A program made the position numbers and the translations under genes. From a virus, in the IMG/VR virus record IMGVR_UViG_3300045988_087398: a stretch of DNA of 62,946 nt. One strand, 5' to 3'. Below the pieces are notes generated by a model. The model did no database searches. It worked only from the letters and a program-made list of their open reading frames with translations, and had not been told where the DNA came from. Of the stretch, positions 43,745 through 52,800 are shown piece after piece. Each line of letters begins with the position of its first letter. The first letter of the stretch is position 1.

Positions 43745-44524
43745 TTGATCAATGCAAAATTATTTCTCAAAAGACACTCTTCAACAATTTTAGCATGTCT
43801 TGGATGTGCAGGGGTTATAGTGACTTCTGTAACGGCTGTACGAGCAACCCCAAAGGCTATTAAACTATTAGAAGAAGCCGAAGAAAACAAAGGATCTGAA
43901 TTAACAACATGGGAAAAAGCCAAGACAACGACGAAAGCATATTTACCGTCGATATTGTTTGGTGTTTCAACCATTGCGTGTATTGCCGGTTCTTCGATTC
44001 TTTCATATAACACCCAGAAATCTATGGCAAGTGCATACGCTTTGATAAATCAATCGTATCGAGATTATCGTAGAAAAGCAAAAGATATTTACGGTGAAGA
44101 TGCAGATAGAAAGATTCTCGATGCAATCATTGCTGAAAAAGCGGAGACTATGTACATAGAAGCTCCTGGTATTTGTGATTGCGCGACCTTATATATCGAC
44201 GAGAATCACGGAGAGAAACGATTGTTCTATGACGAATATGGCAAGCGATTCTTTGAATCAACGTTGGAACAAGTTATATCAGCGGAGTACCATACGAACC
44301 GTAATTTTGTATTACGTGGATCACAGATGCTAAATGAATTCTATGGGTTCTTGGGCTTGGAACCTACTGATTTTGGCTGGGAAGCTGGATGGTGTGTCAT
44401 AGATGAGCTTTATTGGATTGATTTTGATCATAGAGAAATTGAAATCGATGGTAAGAAATGTATTGTCATCCAGATGCCGTGGGAACCACGAATAGGGTAT
44501 GACGATGATAATTGCTATTATTGA
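43745..44524 (+). CDS. Two-TM-hairpin protein family, paralog A (259 aa)
   Basis: TTG start after AAAGGAGA. KRHSSTILACLGCAGVIVTSVTAVRATPKAIKLLEEAEE...second TM...ASAYAL..SYRDYRRK aligns with 45091 and 47484. Confidence 0.65.
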   Translation: MINAKLFLKRHSSTILACLGCAGVIVTSVTAVRATPKAIKLLEEAEENKGSELTTWEKAKTTTKAYLPSILFGVSTIACIAGSSILSYNTQKSMASAYALINQSYRDYRRKAKDIYGEDADRKILDAIIAEKAETMYIEAPGICDCATLYIDENHGEKRLFYDEYGKRFFESTLEQVISAEYHTNRNFVLRGSQMLNEFYGFLGLEPTDFGWEAGWCVIDELYWIDFDHREIEIDGKKCIVIQMPWEPRIGYDDDNCYY

Positions 44525-44552
44525 TTCGCGAAAAAACCATTTGCTATTATGA
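44525..44552 (+). promoter_or_regulatory. TTCGCG-N14-TATTATGA element, copy 12
   Basis: ttcgcg aaaaaaccatttgc tattatga. It starts one nt after the stop of 43745..44524. Confidence 0.6.
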
Positions 44553-44577
44553 AAAAATACAAAAGGAGGGTCTTAAT

Positions 44578-44742
44578 ATGAATAAGGCAGATTTGAAGTT
44601 TTTGAGAAAGGCAGGATTTAACATTGCTTTCGGAGTCATCGTAGGTAAAGAATTAGGCGAGTTCGTTACGCAGGTGGCTTATCGATTTGCAATTAAGATG
44701 ATGGACAAGAAAATGCCAGAATCAAACAAGACTGAAGAGTAA
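44578..44742 (+). CDS. Small protein (54 aa, one hydrophobic segment)
   Basis: AAAAGGAGGG RBS. Confidence 0.55.
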   Translation: MNKADLKFLRKAGFNIAFGVIVGKELGEFVTQVAYRFAIKMMDKKMPESNKTEE

Positions 44743-44751
44743 TTTTCAAAT

Positions 44752-44788
44752 AGAGGATTCAATGGAAACATTGGGTCTTCTATTTTTT
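44752..44788 (+). terminator. Rho-independent terminator
   Basis: agaggattcaatg-gaaa-cattgggtcttct hairpin followed by ATTTTTT. Confidence 0.65.
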
Positions 44789-44831
44789 CAGCACGGAAAT
44801 ACCAGTAATCAATGATATTTTGATAGTAACA

Positions 44832-44859
44832 TTCGCACGAAAAACATCGGCTATTATGG
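44832..44859 (+). promoter_or_regulatory. TTCGCG-N14-TATTATGA element, copy 13 (TTCGCA...TATTATGG)
   Basis: ttcgca cgaaaaacatcggc tattatgg. Preceded by AATGATATTTTGATA (44811..44825), which also occurs at 40919..40933. Confidence 0.55.
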
Positions 44860-44877
44860 AAAGGAGGTAAGCCATCT

Positions 44878-45051
44878 ATGAAAGAAAAGTTTAATTCAAC
44901 GACAGTTTTGAGCGCCGTTGTGACTGCGATGGGAGTGATTGGAACATTACTTTCATTTAAGGTTCAGAACGATGATCGGGAACTGTTGAAGGAAGAATTA
45001 AAGGAAGAGCTTAGAGAAGAGCTTAGCAACGAAGATAAAGAGGAGTCCTAA
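44878..45051 (+). CDS. Small membrane protein (57 aa, 1 TM, EEL-repeat tail) ending ...KEES
   Basis: AAAGGAGG RBS. The stop TAA lies in the terminator loop. Below the ORF-track cutoff. Confidence 0.55.
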   Translation: MKEKFNSTTVLSAVVTAMGVIGTLLSFKVQNDDRELLKEELKEELREELSNEDKEES

Positions 45052-45070
45052 CACGGGCTCTTCTTTTATA
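45040..45070 (+). terminator. Shared-family terminator with the stop codon in the loop
   Basis: gagtcc-TAAcac-gggctc hairpin followed by TTCTTTTAT. Confidence 0.65.
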
Positions 45071-45090
45071 TTTGATAGGAGGAATCAAAC

Positions 45091-45885
45091 ATGAGTAAAG
45101 AATCATTTGCGAGATTTGTGAAAAGCACAAAAAGAGGTCTCGTAAAACACAGTCCGGAAATCTTAACCGGATTAGGAATCGCAGGAATGATATCATCTGT
45201 CGTTCTTGCGGCAAAAGCAACGCCCAAGGCGCTTCAGTTGATTGAAGAAGCGAAGGATAAGGCAGACACAGACAAGCTTACAGTACCAGAAACAATCAAG
45301 GCAGCATGGAAGCCATATATTCCAGTCGTACTTACATGCAGTGCATCTGTAGCTTGTATTATTGGTGCAAATACAGTAAATGCACGACGCAATGCTGCTC
45401 TTGCTACGGCATATGAACTCTCAAGAAATGCTCTGACTGAGTATAAGGAGCGTGTGGTAGAGGAGATTGGCAAGGAAAAAGAGCAGAAGATACAGGAAAA
45501 GGTTGCTCAGAAAAAGATCAACGAAACACCAAACGCATCTAATGTAATAATTGCAGGTGCAAACAAGGTGTGGTTTCTTGAGCCTGTATCTGGACGATAT
45601 TTCCAGGCAAATGTAGAAGACGTAAGACGAGTAATCAATGATTTGAATTATCGCCTTACTGGTGGAATGGAAGAGTATGTATCGCTCAGTGAATTCTATG
45701 ATGAAATCGTGGCTATTGGTGGAGATCTTCCTCACACATGCACCAGCGACGATCTTGGATGGAACCTCAATCGAGATGGGCAAATTGAAATCGATATGCC
45801 AGCAGGCAAAATGTCAAATGGCGAACCATGTCTCGTATTGGACTATCATGTAGCACCGCGGTACGATTATTCAAAATTATCGTAA
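45091..45885 (+). CDS. Two-TM-hairpin protein family, paralog B (264 aa)
   Basis: VKHSPEILTGLGIAGMISSVVLAAKATPKALQLIEEAKD...ATAYELSRNALTEYKERV. Confidence 0.65.
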   Translation: MSKESFARFVKSTKRGLVKHSPEILTGLGIAGMISSVVLAAKATPKALQLIEEAKDKADTDKLTVPETIKAAWKPYIPVVLTCSASVACIIGANTVNARRNAALATAYELSRNALTEYKERVVEEIGKEKEQKIQEKVAQKKINETPNASNVIIAGANKVWFLEPVSGRYFQANVEDVRRVINDLNYRLTGGMEEYVSLSEFYDEIVAIGGDLPHTCTSDDLGWNLNRDGQIEIDMPAGKMSNGEPCLVLDYHVAPRYDYSKLS

Positions 45886-45913
45886 TTCGCGAAAAATACA
45901 AGCACTATTATGA
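45886..45913 (+). promoter_or_regulatory. TTCGCG-N14-TATTATGA element, copy 14
   Basis: ttcgcg aaaaatacaagcac tattatga. It starts directly after the stop of 45091..45885. Confidence 0.6.
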
Positions 45914-45948
45914 CAGAGTAAAAAATTATATTTAAGGAGGACAAAACT

Positions 45949-46254
45949 ATGTCAAGAAACAATGTTAAGAATGAGGAAGTAAAGGATGTCGAGGTTGTCG
46001 ACGAGAAGGATGTTGAAGTTGTAGACAACAACGCAACTGATGAAAACTCAAAGGCTGATGCCAAGGAGGAATCAAAGGTTAAGAAGATCTTAAATAAGAT
46101 CAAGAAACCGGTTTCCTACATTGGTGCGGCAGTTGGCGGATTCGCAGTAGCGATGTTGATCTCAGCAGCAAGACAGGACGAAGATGATCAGGATGGACTG
46201 TACTACCTTGAAGGAGACAAAGAGGATGACAGTAGCAAAACAACTGAAGAGTAA
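45949..46254 (+). CDS. Acidic protein with one TM segment (101 aa)
   Basis: AAGGAGG RBS. EEVKDVEVVDEKDVEVVDNN... then VSYIGAAVGGFAVAMLISAA. Confidence 0.6.
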   Translation: MSRNNVKNEEVKDVEVVDEKDVEVVDNNATDENSKADAKEESKVKKILNKIKKPVSYIGAAVGGFAVAMLISAARQDEDDQDGLYYLEGDKEDDSSKTTEE

Positions 46255-46266
46255 TTTCTATCGGTC

Positions 46267-46309
46267 GAAAGGGTGATGCCTATACAAGGCATTTCCCTTT
46301 TTTCTTTTT
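46267..46309 (+). terminator. Rho-independent terminator
   Basis: gaaagggtgatgcct-ataca-aggcatttcccttt interrupted stem followed by a T-run. Confidence 0.65.
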
Positions 46310-46327
46310 TGGAAGGAGGTTATGCCT

Positions 46328-46519
46328 ATGTATAGATACGTATTTGAAGGGCAGGTTTCAGAATCGAATCATCTCATTACGAATAGATGGAGAGGCGAAA
46401 CTTGGGCAAATTCAGAAGCCAAAGCCAGGAACAATTTGGCTTATCAATTTAAAAAAGCCAGCAACAGACCATCGATGGCAAAGGTTGTATTACATGGTCC
46501 GATTGTAAAGGCAAGTTAA
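46328..46519 (+). CDS. Hypothetical small protein
   Basis: GGAAGGAGG RBS. The alternative ATG at 46322 is too close to the RBS. Confidence 0.55.
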   Translation: MYRYVFEGQVSESNHLITNRWRGETWANSEAKARNNLAYQFKKASNRPSMAKVVLHGPIVKAS

Positions 46520-46532
46520 AGGAGGGTAACAG

Positions 46533-47153
46533 ATGAGTTTAGACATTGAATGCAAACCTAACTCGCACAAGGCAAAGCAGGAGGCAGCAACAAAAAAAGG
46601 TACTCCGAAAGTAAAAAAGGTAGTGTCAGGAACTGTCAAAACAAAAAAGAAGAAAGGAGTAAGTAAGCTTAAGGAAGCATTGATCGCCGATAGTGCAAAA
46701 GACGTTGGTTCTCATGCATTTTTGGATGTACTGATTCCAGCAATGAAGAAGGCATTTTCTGATATTGTCAAGGATGGTGTCGACATGATTTTGTACGGCG
46801 AAACTCGTGGACGGAAAAGTAGCTCAAACGCTTCTTATGTGTCATATCGAAGATATTCGGACAGAGATCGAGATAGAAGAGATGATCGCAGATCTTCAAA
46901 TTCTATATTTAATTTGGATGATATTATCTTGGAATCTCGAGCTGATGCGGATGATGTGTTGAATGCAATGAGCGATCTGATCGAAACTTATGAATCTGTG
47001 AGTGTTGCTGATTTGTATGATTTGATCGGTATTGATGTATCCGGTAGATATACGTACAACGATTATGGATGGACAAGTCTTAGAAACGCGGAGATTGTTG
47101 AGGTACGTGAAGGTTATTGGATCAAGCTTCCTAGACCAAGACCAATTAAGTAG
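46533..47153 (+). CDS. Hypothetical protein (Lys-rich N-terminus, RD/RS-rich linker, conserved C-terminal domain)
   Basis: AAGGAGGG RBS. ...RRYSDRDRDRRDDRRSS... then SVADLYDLIGIDV...YNDYGWTSL... Confidence 0.6.
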   Translation: MSLDIECKPNSHKAKQEAATKKGTPKVKKVVSGTVKTKKKKGVSKLKEALIADSAKDVGSHAFLDVLIPAMKKAFSDIVKDGVDMILYGETRGRKSSSNASYVSYRRYSDRDRDRRDDRRSSNSIFNLDDIILESRADADDVLNAMSDLIETYESVSVADLYDLIGIDVSGRYTYNDYGWTSLRNAEIVEVREGYWIKLPRPRPIK

Positions 47154-47164
47154 GAGAGATATGC

Positions 47165-47479
47165 ATGAATGATATTTTGAAATCTGAATATTCAGAACAG
47201 TTTGACAAGGAACGAAAGAGCAGGATTGAAATTTCGTTTCATAAATATGGTCCAGCAAGAGATAACTTCGCAAGTGGCAGAGTGGACGCACTTGCTACTG
47301 CCGAGCTATGTCTGGACGCATTTAAGAAAGATCATAACAGTGAGCATTTGATCGATGCTGCAAATTATTTGATGTTCCGGTTTAAGTATCCTATGCCGGG
47401 AGATCATTTTACACCGACAGACTCGAGCGGAAGTGTCGGAACAGTTGGTACACCAATAAATATGGAAAAGGAGATTTAA
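47165..47479 (+). CDS. Hypothetical protein
   Basis: TAGGAGAG RBS, 104-aa ORF. Confidence 0.55.
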   Translation: MNDILKSEYSEQFDKERKSRIEISFHKYGPARDNFASGRVDALATAELCLDAFKKDHNSEHLIDAANYLMFRFKYPMPGDHFTPTDSSGSVGTVGTPINMEKEI

Positions 47480-47483
47480 TATT

Positions 47484-48416
47484 ATGAAGAATGATTTGAA
47501 AAATAAGATGACTCGGTCATTATGTAAGGCAAAGTTTAAGGTTAAAAAGCATAGCCCAGAGATCTTGGTTGTTGCAGGCGTGATTGGTACGGTGACAAGT
47601 GCTGTGATGGCATGTCGCGCTACAACAAAGCTGAGTAAGATTCTCGATGAGGCGAAAGAGACAGAGAAGACAATCTCTGAAGGAATGGAAAGTGGATATA
47701 TCGCAGATCAGGAATACACAGAGGAAGACGGCAAGAAGGATCTCAGAATCACAAAGGTTCAGACTGGATTAAAGGTTGTAAAGCTGTATGCACCAGCTGT
47801 TATCCTTGGCGGATTATCAATCACAGCCATGCTGACATCTAACAATATTCTCAGAAAGAGAAACGTATCACTTGCAGCGGCATATGCAGCAGTAGATAAG
47901 AGTTTCAAGGAATATCGTGGCAGAGTAAAGGAACGTTTCGGTGAAGAGCTGGACAAGGAGCTTCGTTACAACATCAAGGCGAAGGAAATCGAAGAAGTAG
48001 TTAAGGACGAGAAGACCGGTAAAGAAAAGGTTCAGAAAAAAATCGTGAACGTTTCTGATTTTGATGATTGCAGCGAGTACGCAAAGTTCTATGATTGCGG
48101 TTGCACTGGATGGACAAAAGACCCAGAGCTGAATTTGATGTTTCTTAGAAAACAGCAGGACTTCTTGAATGATCGGTTAAAGGCTGAGGGTTATCTGTTC
48201 TTGAATGATGTGTATGATGCACTTGGTATTCAGAAGACAAAGATTGGTCAGATTGCAGGTTGGGTTTATGATGAAAAGAATCCAGTCGGAGATAACTATA
48301 TCGATTTCGGAATTTATGACACTCATCGTGAGGCAAATAGAAGATTTGTAAATGGTCTTGAGAGAACAATTCTTCTTGATTTCAATTGTGATGGTGACAT
48401 TCTGGATATGATGTGA
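47484..48416 (+). CDS. Two-TM-hairpin protein family, paralog C (310 aa; its C-terminal domain is shared with 42358..42693)
   Basis: KKHSPEILVVAGVIGTVTSAVMACRATTKLSKILDEAKE...AAAYAAVDKSFKEYRGRV. Confidence 0.65.
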   Translation: MKNDLKNKMTRSLCKAKFKVKKHSPEILVVAGVIGTVTSAVMACRATTKLSKILDEAKETEKTISEGMESGYIADQEYTEEDGKKDLRITKVQTGLKVVKLYAPAVILGGLSITAMLTSNNILRKRNVSLAAAYAAVDKSFKEYRGRVKERFGEELDKELRYNIKAKEIEEVVKDEKTGKEKVQKKIVNVSDFDDCSEYAKFYDCGCTGWTKDPELNLMFLRKQQDFLNDRLKAEGYLFLNDVYDALGIQKTKIGQIAGWVYDEKNPVGDNYIDFGIYDTHREANRRFVNGLERTILLDFNCDGDILDMM

Positions 48417-48502
48417 ATGACAGGACTCGATAGTATCGGGTCAGGAAATCCATATCGAGATACGTATGATTATCCACAGTTTGCTATATAAGGAGGGCAC
48501 CT

Positions 48503-48724
48503 ATGAAAGGAAGAGATTTAATTATTTATATTCTTGAGAATCATCTCGAAGATGTGGATGTGTTAAGTGATTTGAAGAATCTTGGATTATATTCTGTTGA
48601 AGAAGTGGCAGCTTTGAACAATGTTGGTAAAGCAACTGTTGAAGCGTGGTGTGGTTTTGGAAGATATAATTATACCACAATTGATGACAGAATATATATC
48701 TGGTTACCAGAAGGAGGTAAGTAA
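48503..48724 (+). CDS. Hypothetical protein (possible HTH: SVEEVAALNNVGKATVEAW)
   Basis: AAGGAGGG RBS. Confidence 0.5.
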   Translation: MKGRDLIIYILENHLEDVDVLSDLKNLGLYSVEEVAALNNVGKATVEAWCGFGRYNYTTIDDRIYIWLPEGGK

Positions 48725-48725
48725 A

Positions 48726-49310
48726 ATGAACAATGCGATTGAAAAAATTGCTATGTTTGTCATTGGAGCCGCAACAGGCTCCTTTGTAACATGGCGAATC
48801 ATTAAATCAAAGTATGAGCTGGTAGAAAACGGCGAGATTACAGTATATCCTGCCGAGGAAAAGTATGCGGAAGAGCCAGAGGAAACAGTCGAAGAGAATC
48901 TGGAAACCGAAGACAATGATGGAGAACCCGCATTCTCGGCTGAAGAGAAAAAAGAAGGCGAAAAGGTAATCAAAGACCTTAAATATCGAACATATTCCAA
49001 CGGCGGAAGTAAAAAAAAACGGAAAAAAACAGTGAATGATGACGACGAAATGTTTCCTTATGTTATTCCGCCAGAAGCTGTTGGTGACACTGGTTACGAC
49101 CTTGTAAATCTCACATTATATTCGAACGGCGTTCTGGTGGATGATCTCGACGACGAAGTGATTGAAGACGCAGAACTGCTTATTGGTAATTATGCTATCG
49201 ATCGTATCGGTGAGTATGAGCCAGATATTATTCACGTAAGAAACGACGAGCTTCAGAGAGAATATGAGATCTGTCGTGTTGACGAGGAATATGAAGCAAC
49301 GGAGGAATAA
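48726..49310 (+). CDS. Membrane-anchored, strongly acidic protein (194 aa)
   Basis: ATG 48726 after GAAGGAGG. N-terminal TM IAMFVIGAATGSFVTW, then D/E-rich sequence. Confidence 0.6.
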   Translation: MNNAIEKIAMFVIGAATGSFVTWRIIKSKYELVENGEITVYPAEEKYAEEPEETVEENLETEDNDGEPAFSAEEKKEGEKVIKDLKYRTYSNGGSKKKRKKTVNDDDEMFPYVIPPEAVGDTGYDLVNLTLYSNGVLVDDLDDEVIEDAELLIGNYAIDRIGEYEPDIIHVRNDELQREYEICRVDEEYEATEE

Positions 49311-49312
49311 TA

Positions 49313-49879
49313 TTGAGAGGAGAATTTAAGGAAGATGTGCGAAGAGAATACTTCGAGTGGCTTTATGATTATGTGTGTGCCGGTAAATTTTCGACAGATA
49401 ATTCTTTTCGGAAATTATTGGAACATCTTCATGAACTTGAATTCACTTATAGTATTCCAAGAGATCGCAACAGAGCTGAAGATGGTAAAAATATGCATTT
49501 CAGATTTATTATTGCACATGAGTATGAATATGAGGATATATCTGAAGACATATTGGATGTATTGGATGCACCTTGTAGTGTCCTTGAGATGTTGATCGCG
49601 TTGTCTATTCGGTGTGAGGAAACAATCATGGATGACCCAGATGTGGGAGATCGAACTGCACAGTGGTTTTGGAATATGATTAACAATCTCGGTCTTGGAG
49701 GAATGATTGATTCTCGTTTTGATTGTGACAAAGTCGATCGAATTATATCCAGATTATTAAGTAGAAGCTATGCTCCGGACGGAACAGGTGGATTGTTTAC
49801 TATCAAGAACTGCAAGTACGATTTAAGAGATGTTGAGATATGGGTTCAGCTCTGTTGGTATTTAGACACAATAACATAA
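49313..49879 (+). CDS. Hypothetical protein of a conserved phage family (...NRAEDG...VLEMLIALSIRCE...WFWNMINNLGL...)
   Basis: TTG start after GGAGGAATAATA. Confidence 0.55.
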   Translation: MRGEFKEDVRREYFEWLYDYVCAGKFSTDNSFRKLLEHLHELEFTYSIPRDRNRAEDGKNMHFRFIIAHEYEYEDISEDILDVLDAPCSVLEMLIALSIRCEETIMDDPDVGDRTAQWFWNMINNLGLGGMIDSRFDCDKVDRIISRLLSRSYAPDGTGGLFTIKNCKYDLRDVEIWVQLCWYLDTIT

Positions 49880-49898
49880 TAGGAAAGGAGCTTATATA

Positions 49899-52800
49899 AT
49901 GGCTGATTTTTATAGAATAGCTTATCAGAATAAGCAAGGCATGATAGAAATATTTCCTAAATTCATTATTGGGAATAGCTCCGATCTTATGATACGAGGT
50001 GGCGATTTTTATGCTGTATGGTTGGAAGACAAAGGTCTGTGGTCCACCGATGAGCAAGACGTCATTCGAATGATCGACAGAGATCTGGATAAGTATGTCA
50101 CAGATAATAGTCCAAGGTTCGATACGAACACAAAGATTAAATATATGTGGGATGCAGAATCTGGATCGATTGACCGATGGCATAAGTATTGTCAGAAACA
50201 ACAAAGGGACTCATTTCACATGTTGGATGAAAAACTTATATTTTCCAATAGTGAGACAAACAAGAAAGATTATGCCAGCAAACGATTGAATTATCCATTG
50301 GAACCTGGTAAATGTCCAGCTTATGAGAAGATTATATCAACGATATATTCGGAGGAAGAAAGACATAAGATTGAATGGGCGATCGGGTCTATTGTTACCG
50401 GCGATTCCAAGACAATACAGAAGTTTCTTGTATTGTATGGTGCTGCTGGTACAGGTAAATCAACCATCTTGAACATTATCCAACAGTTATTTGAGGGTTA
50501 CTATTCGGTATTTGATGCGAAGGCATTGGGGTCGAGTAGTAACTCTTTTGCGTTAGAGGCATTTAAGTCGAACCCGCTGATTGCAATTCAGCATGATGGA
50601 GATCTGTCTAAGATCGAAGATAATACGAGATTAAATAGTCTTGTATCTCATGAGATGATGACTGTGAATGAGAAATTCAAGTCAACCTATGCCAGCCAGT
50701 TTAAGTGTTTTCTATTCATGGGTACAAACAAGCCAGTACGAATTACAGATGCAAAGTCTGGTCTTATACGAAGATTGATTGATGTATCACCTTCCGGAAA
50801 GAAAGTTAGTCCTAAAGAATACAACACCTTAATGGAGCAGGTTAAGTTTGAGCTTGGTGCTATTGCTTGTCATTGCAGAGACGTATATTTGGAAGATCCT
50901 GGATATTACGATACATATCTTCCAATGTCAATGATGAGTGCATCAAATGATTTCTACAACTTTATTATCGATTCATTTCATGTATTCAAAAAAGAAGACG
51001 GAACAACGTTAAAGGCAGCATGGGAAATGTATAAAACATATTGTGATGAGGCGAAGGTTCCGTATCCATTTTCTCAGAGAAGTTTCAAAGAAGAACTTAA
51101 AAACTATTTTTGGGATTTTGACGAGGAGATTGATGAGGATGGATCTAAGATAAGAAATATTTATCATGGATTTAGAACCGAGAAATTTGAAACTTTTAGT
51201 CACAGAAAAAGAGAGGAAAAAAATGTGACTAACTCAGAATCTTGGCTGCAATTCATGAATGCAGCAGAAACAACAAAGAGCTTTGATATGGAATGTGAAT
51301 CATGCCCAGCTCAATATGCAACGGACAAAGAAACCCCAAGTAAATCTTGGAACCAAGTCACAACCACACTCAAAGACATCGATCCATCGAAACTTCATTA
51401 TGTCAAGGTTCCAGAGAATCACATAGTTATTGACTTTGATTTGAAGGGCGATGATGGCAAAAAATCGTTTGAAAAGAATTTGGAGGCTGCTGCGAAGTGG
51501 CCACCTACGTATGCGGAGCTTAGTAAAAGTGAGGCAGGGATCCATCTTCATTATATTTATAATGGGGATGTATCAAAATTAAGTCGTATATATGACGAAA
51601 ACATTGAAATAAAGGTTTTTACAGGTAAGAGTTCTCTTAGACGAAAACTTACCAAGTGCAATAATTTATCTGTTGCGACGATAAGCTCCGGATTACCAAT
51701 GAAAGGAGAAAAGATGATAGATAAAAATATTGTACAATCTGAGAAAGGTCTCAGAACAACAATTAAAAAATGTCTTAATAAAGAAGTCCACGCTGGTACA
51801 AAATCCAATGTGGACTTTATTTATAAGATTTTGGACGATGCTTACAATAACGGTCTTCATTATGACGTATCAGATATGAAGAATGACGTATTAGCATTTG
51901 CTGCTAATAGTACCAATCAGGCACCATATTGTATCAAGCTGGCGAGTAAGATGAAGTTCAAGTCGGAAGAGATATCAGACGGCAAAGCGGATGAAAATGC
52001 ACCATTGATATTTTATGATATCGAGGTATTTCCGAACTTGTTCTTGGTCAATTGGAAAATCCAGGGAGAAGGAAACCCCGTAGTTCGAATGATCAATCCA
52101 AGTCCAAAAGACATTGAGGATTTGATCAAATACAATCTTGTAGGATTCAACTGCCGAAGATATGATAACCATCTTATTTACGCAAGACTTATGGGATATA
52201 CGAATGAGCAGTTATATAACTTATCTCAGAAAATTATATCTGGAGATCGAAATGCATTCTTTGGAGAAGCTTACAATTTGTCTTATACAGATGTGTATGA
52301 CTTTGCATCTGCTGGAAACAAAAAAAGTTTGAAGAAGCTTGAGATTGAGATGAATAACGTCGCAAACGATCCGAAGTCAAAAATGGATGACAGTCTTAGA
52401 CAAATGTTGAAGAACATAAAGCATCAGGAGCTTGGTTTACCTTGGGATCAACCAGTACCTGAAGATTTATGGGTAAAAGTTGCAGAGTATTGTGATAATG
52501 ATGTCATTTCGACCGAGGCAGCATTCTTATATTTGTCTGCGGATTGGACAGCTAGACAGATTCTGGCGGATTTAGCCGGGATGACAGTAAATGACACGAC
52601 AAACACGCTTACAACCAGAATTATATTTGGTAAAGACAAAAAGCCACAGAGTCAGTTCAATTACAGAAATTTGGCAGAACCAGTCACAGAAATGACATTG
52701 GAGACACAGGAATTCTTGAAGGAAGCTTGTCCGGAAATGATGGAGGAACCGCATGGAGAAGCAAAAAGCATGTTGCCTTATTTTCCAGGGTATAAATACG

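Noticed and set aside
39493-45913. CRISPR-like reading of the regularly recurring ~28-nt element
   Set aside because: Spacing is irregular (about 170-950 nt). The intervening segments carry RBSs, ORFs and terminators. The copies are degenerate rather than identical, and no cas genes are present.
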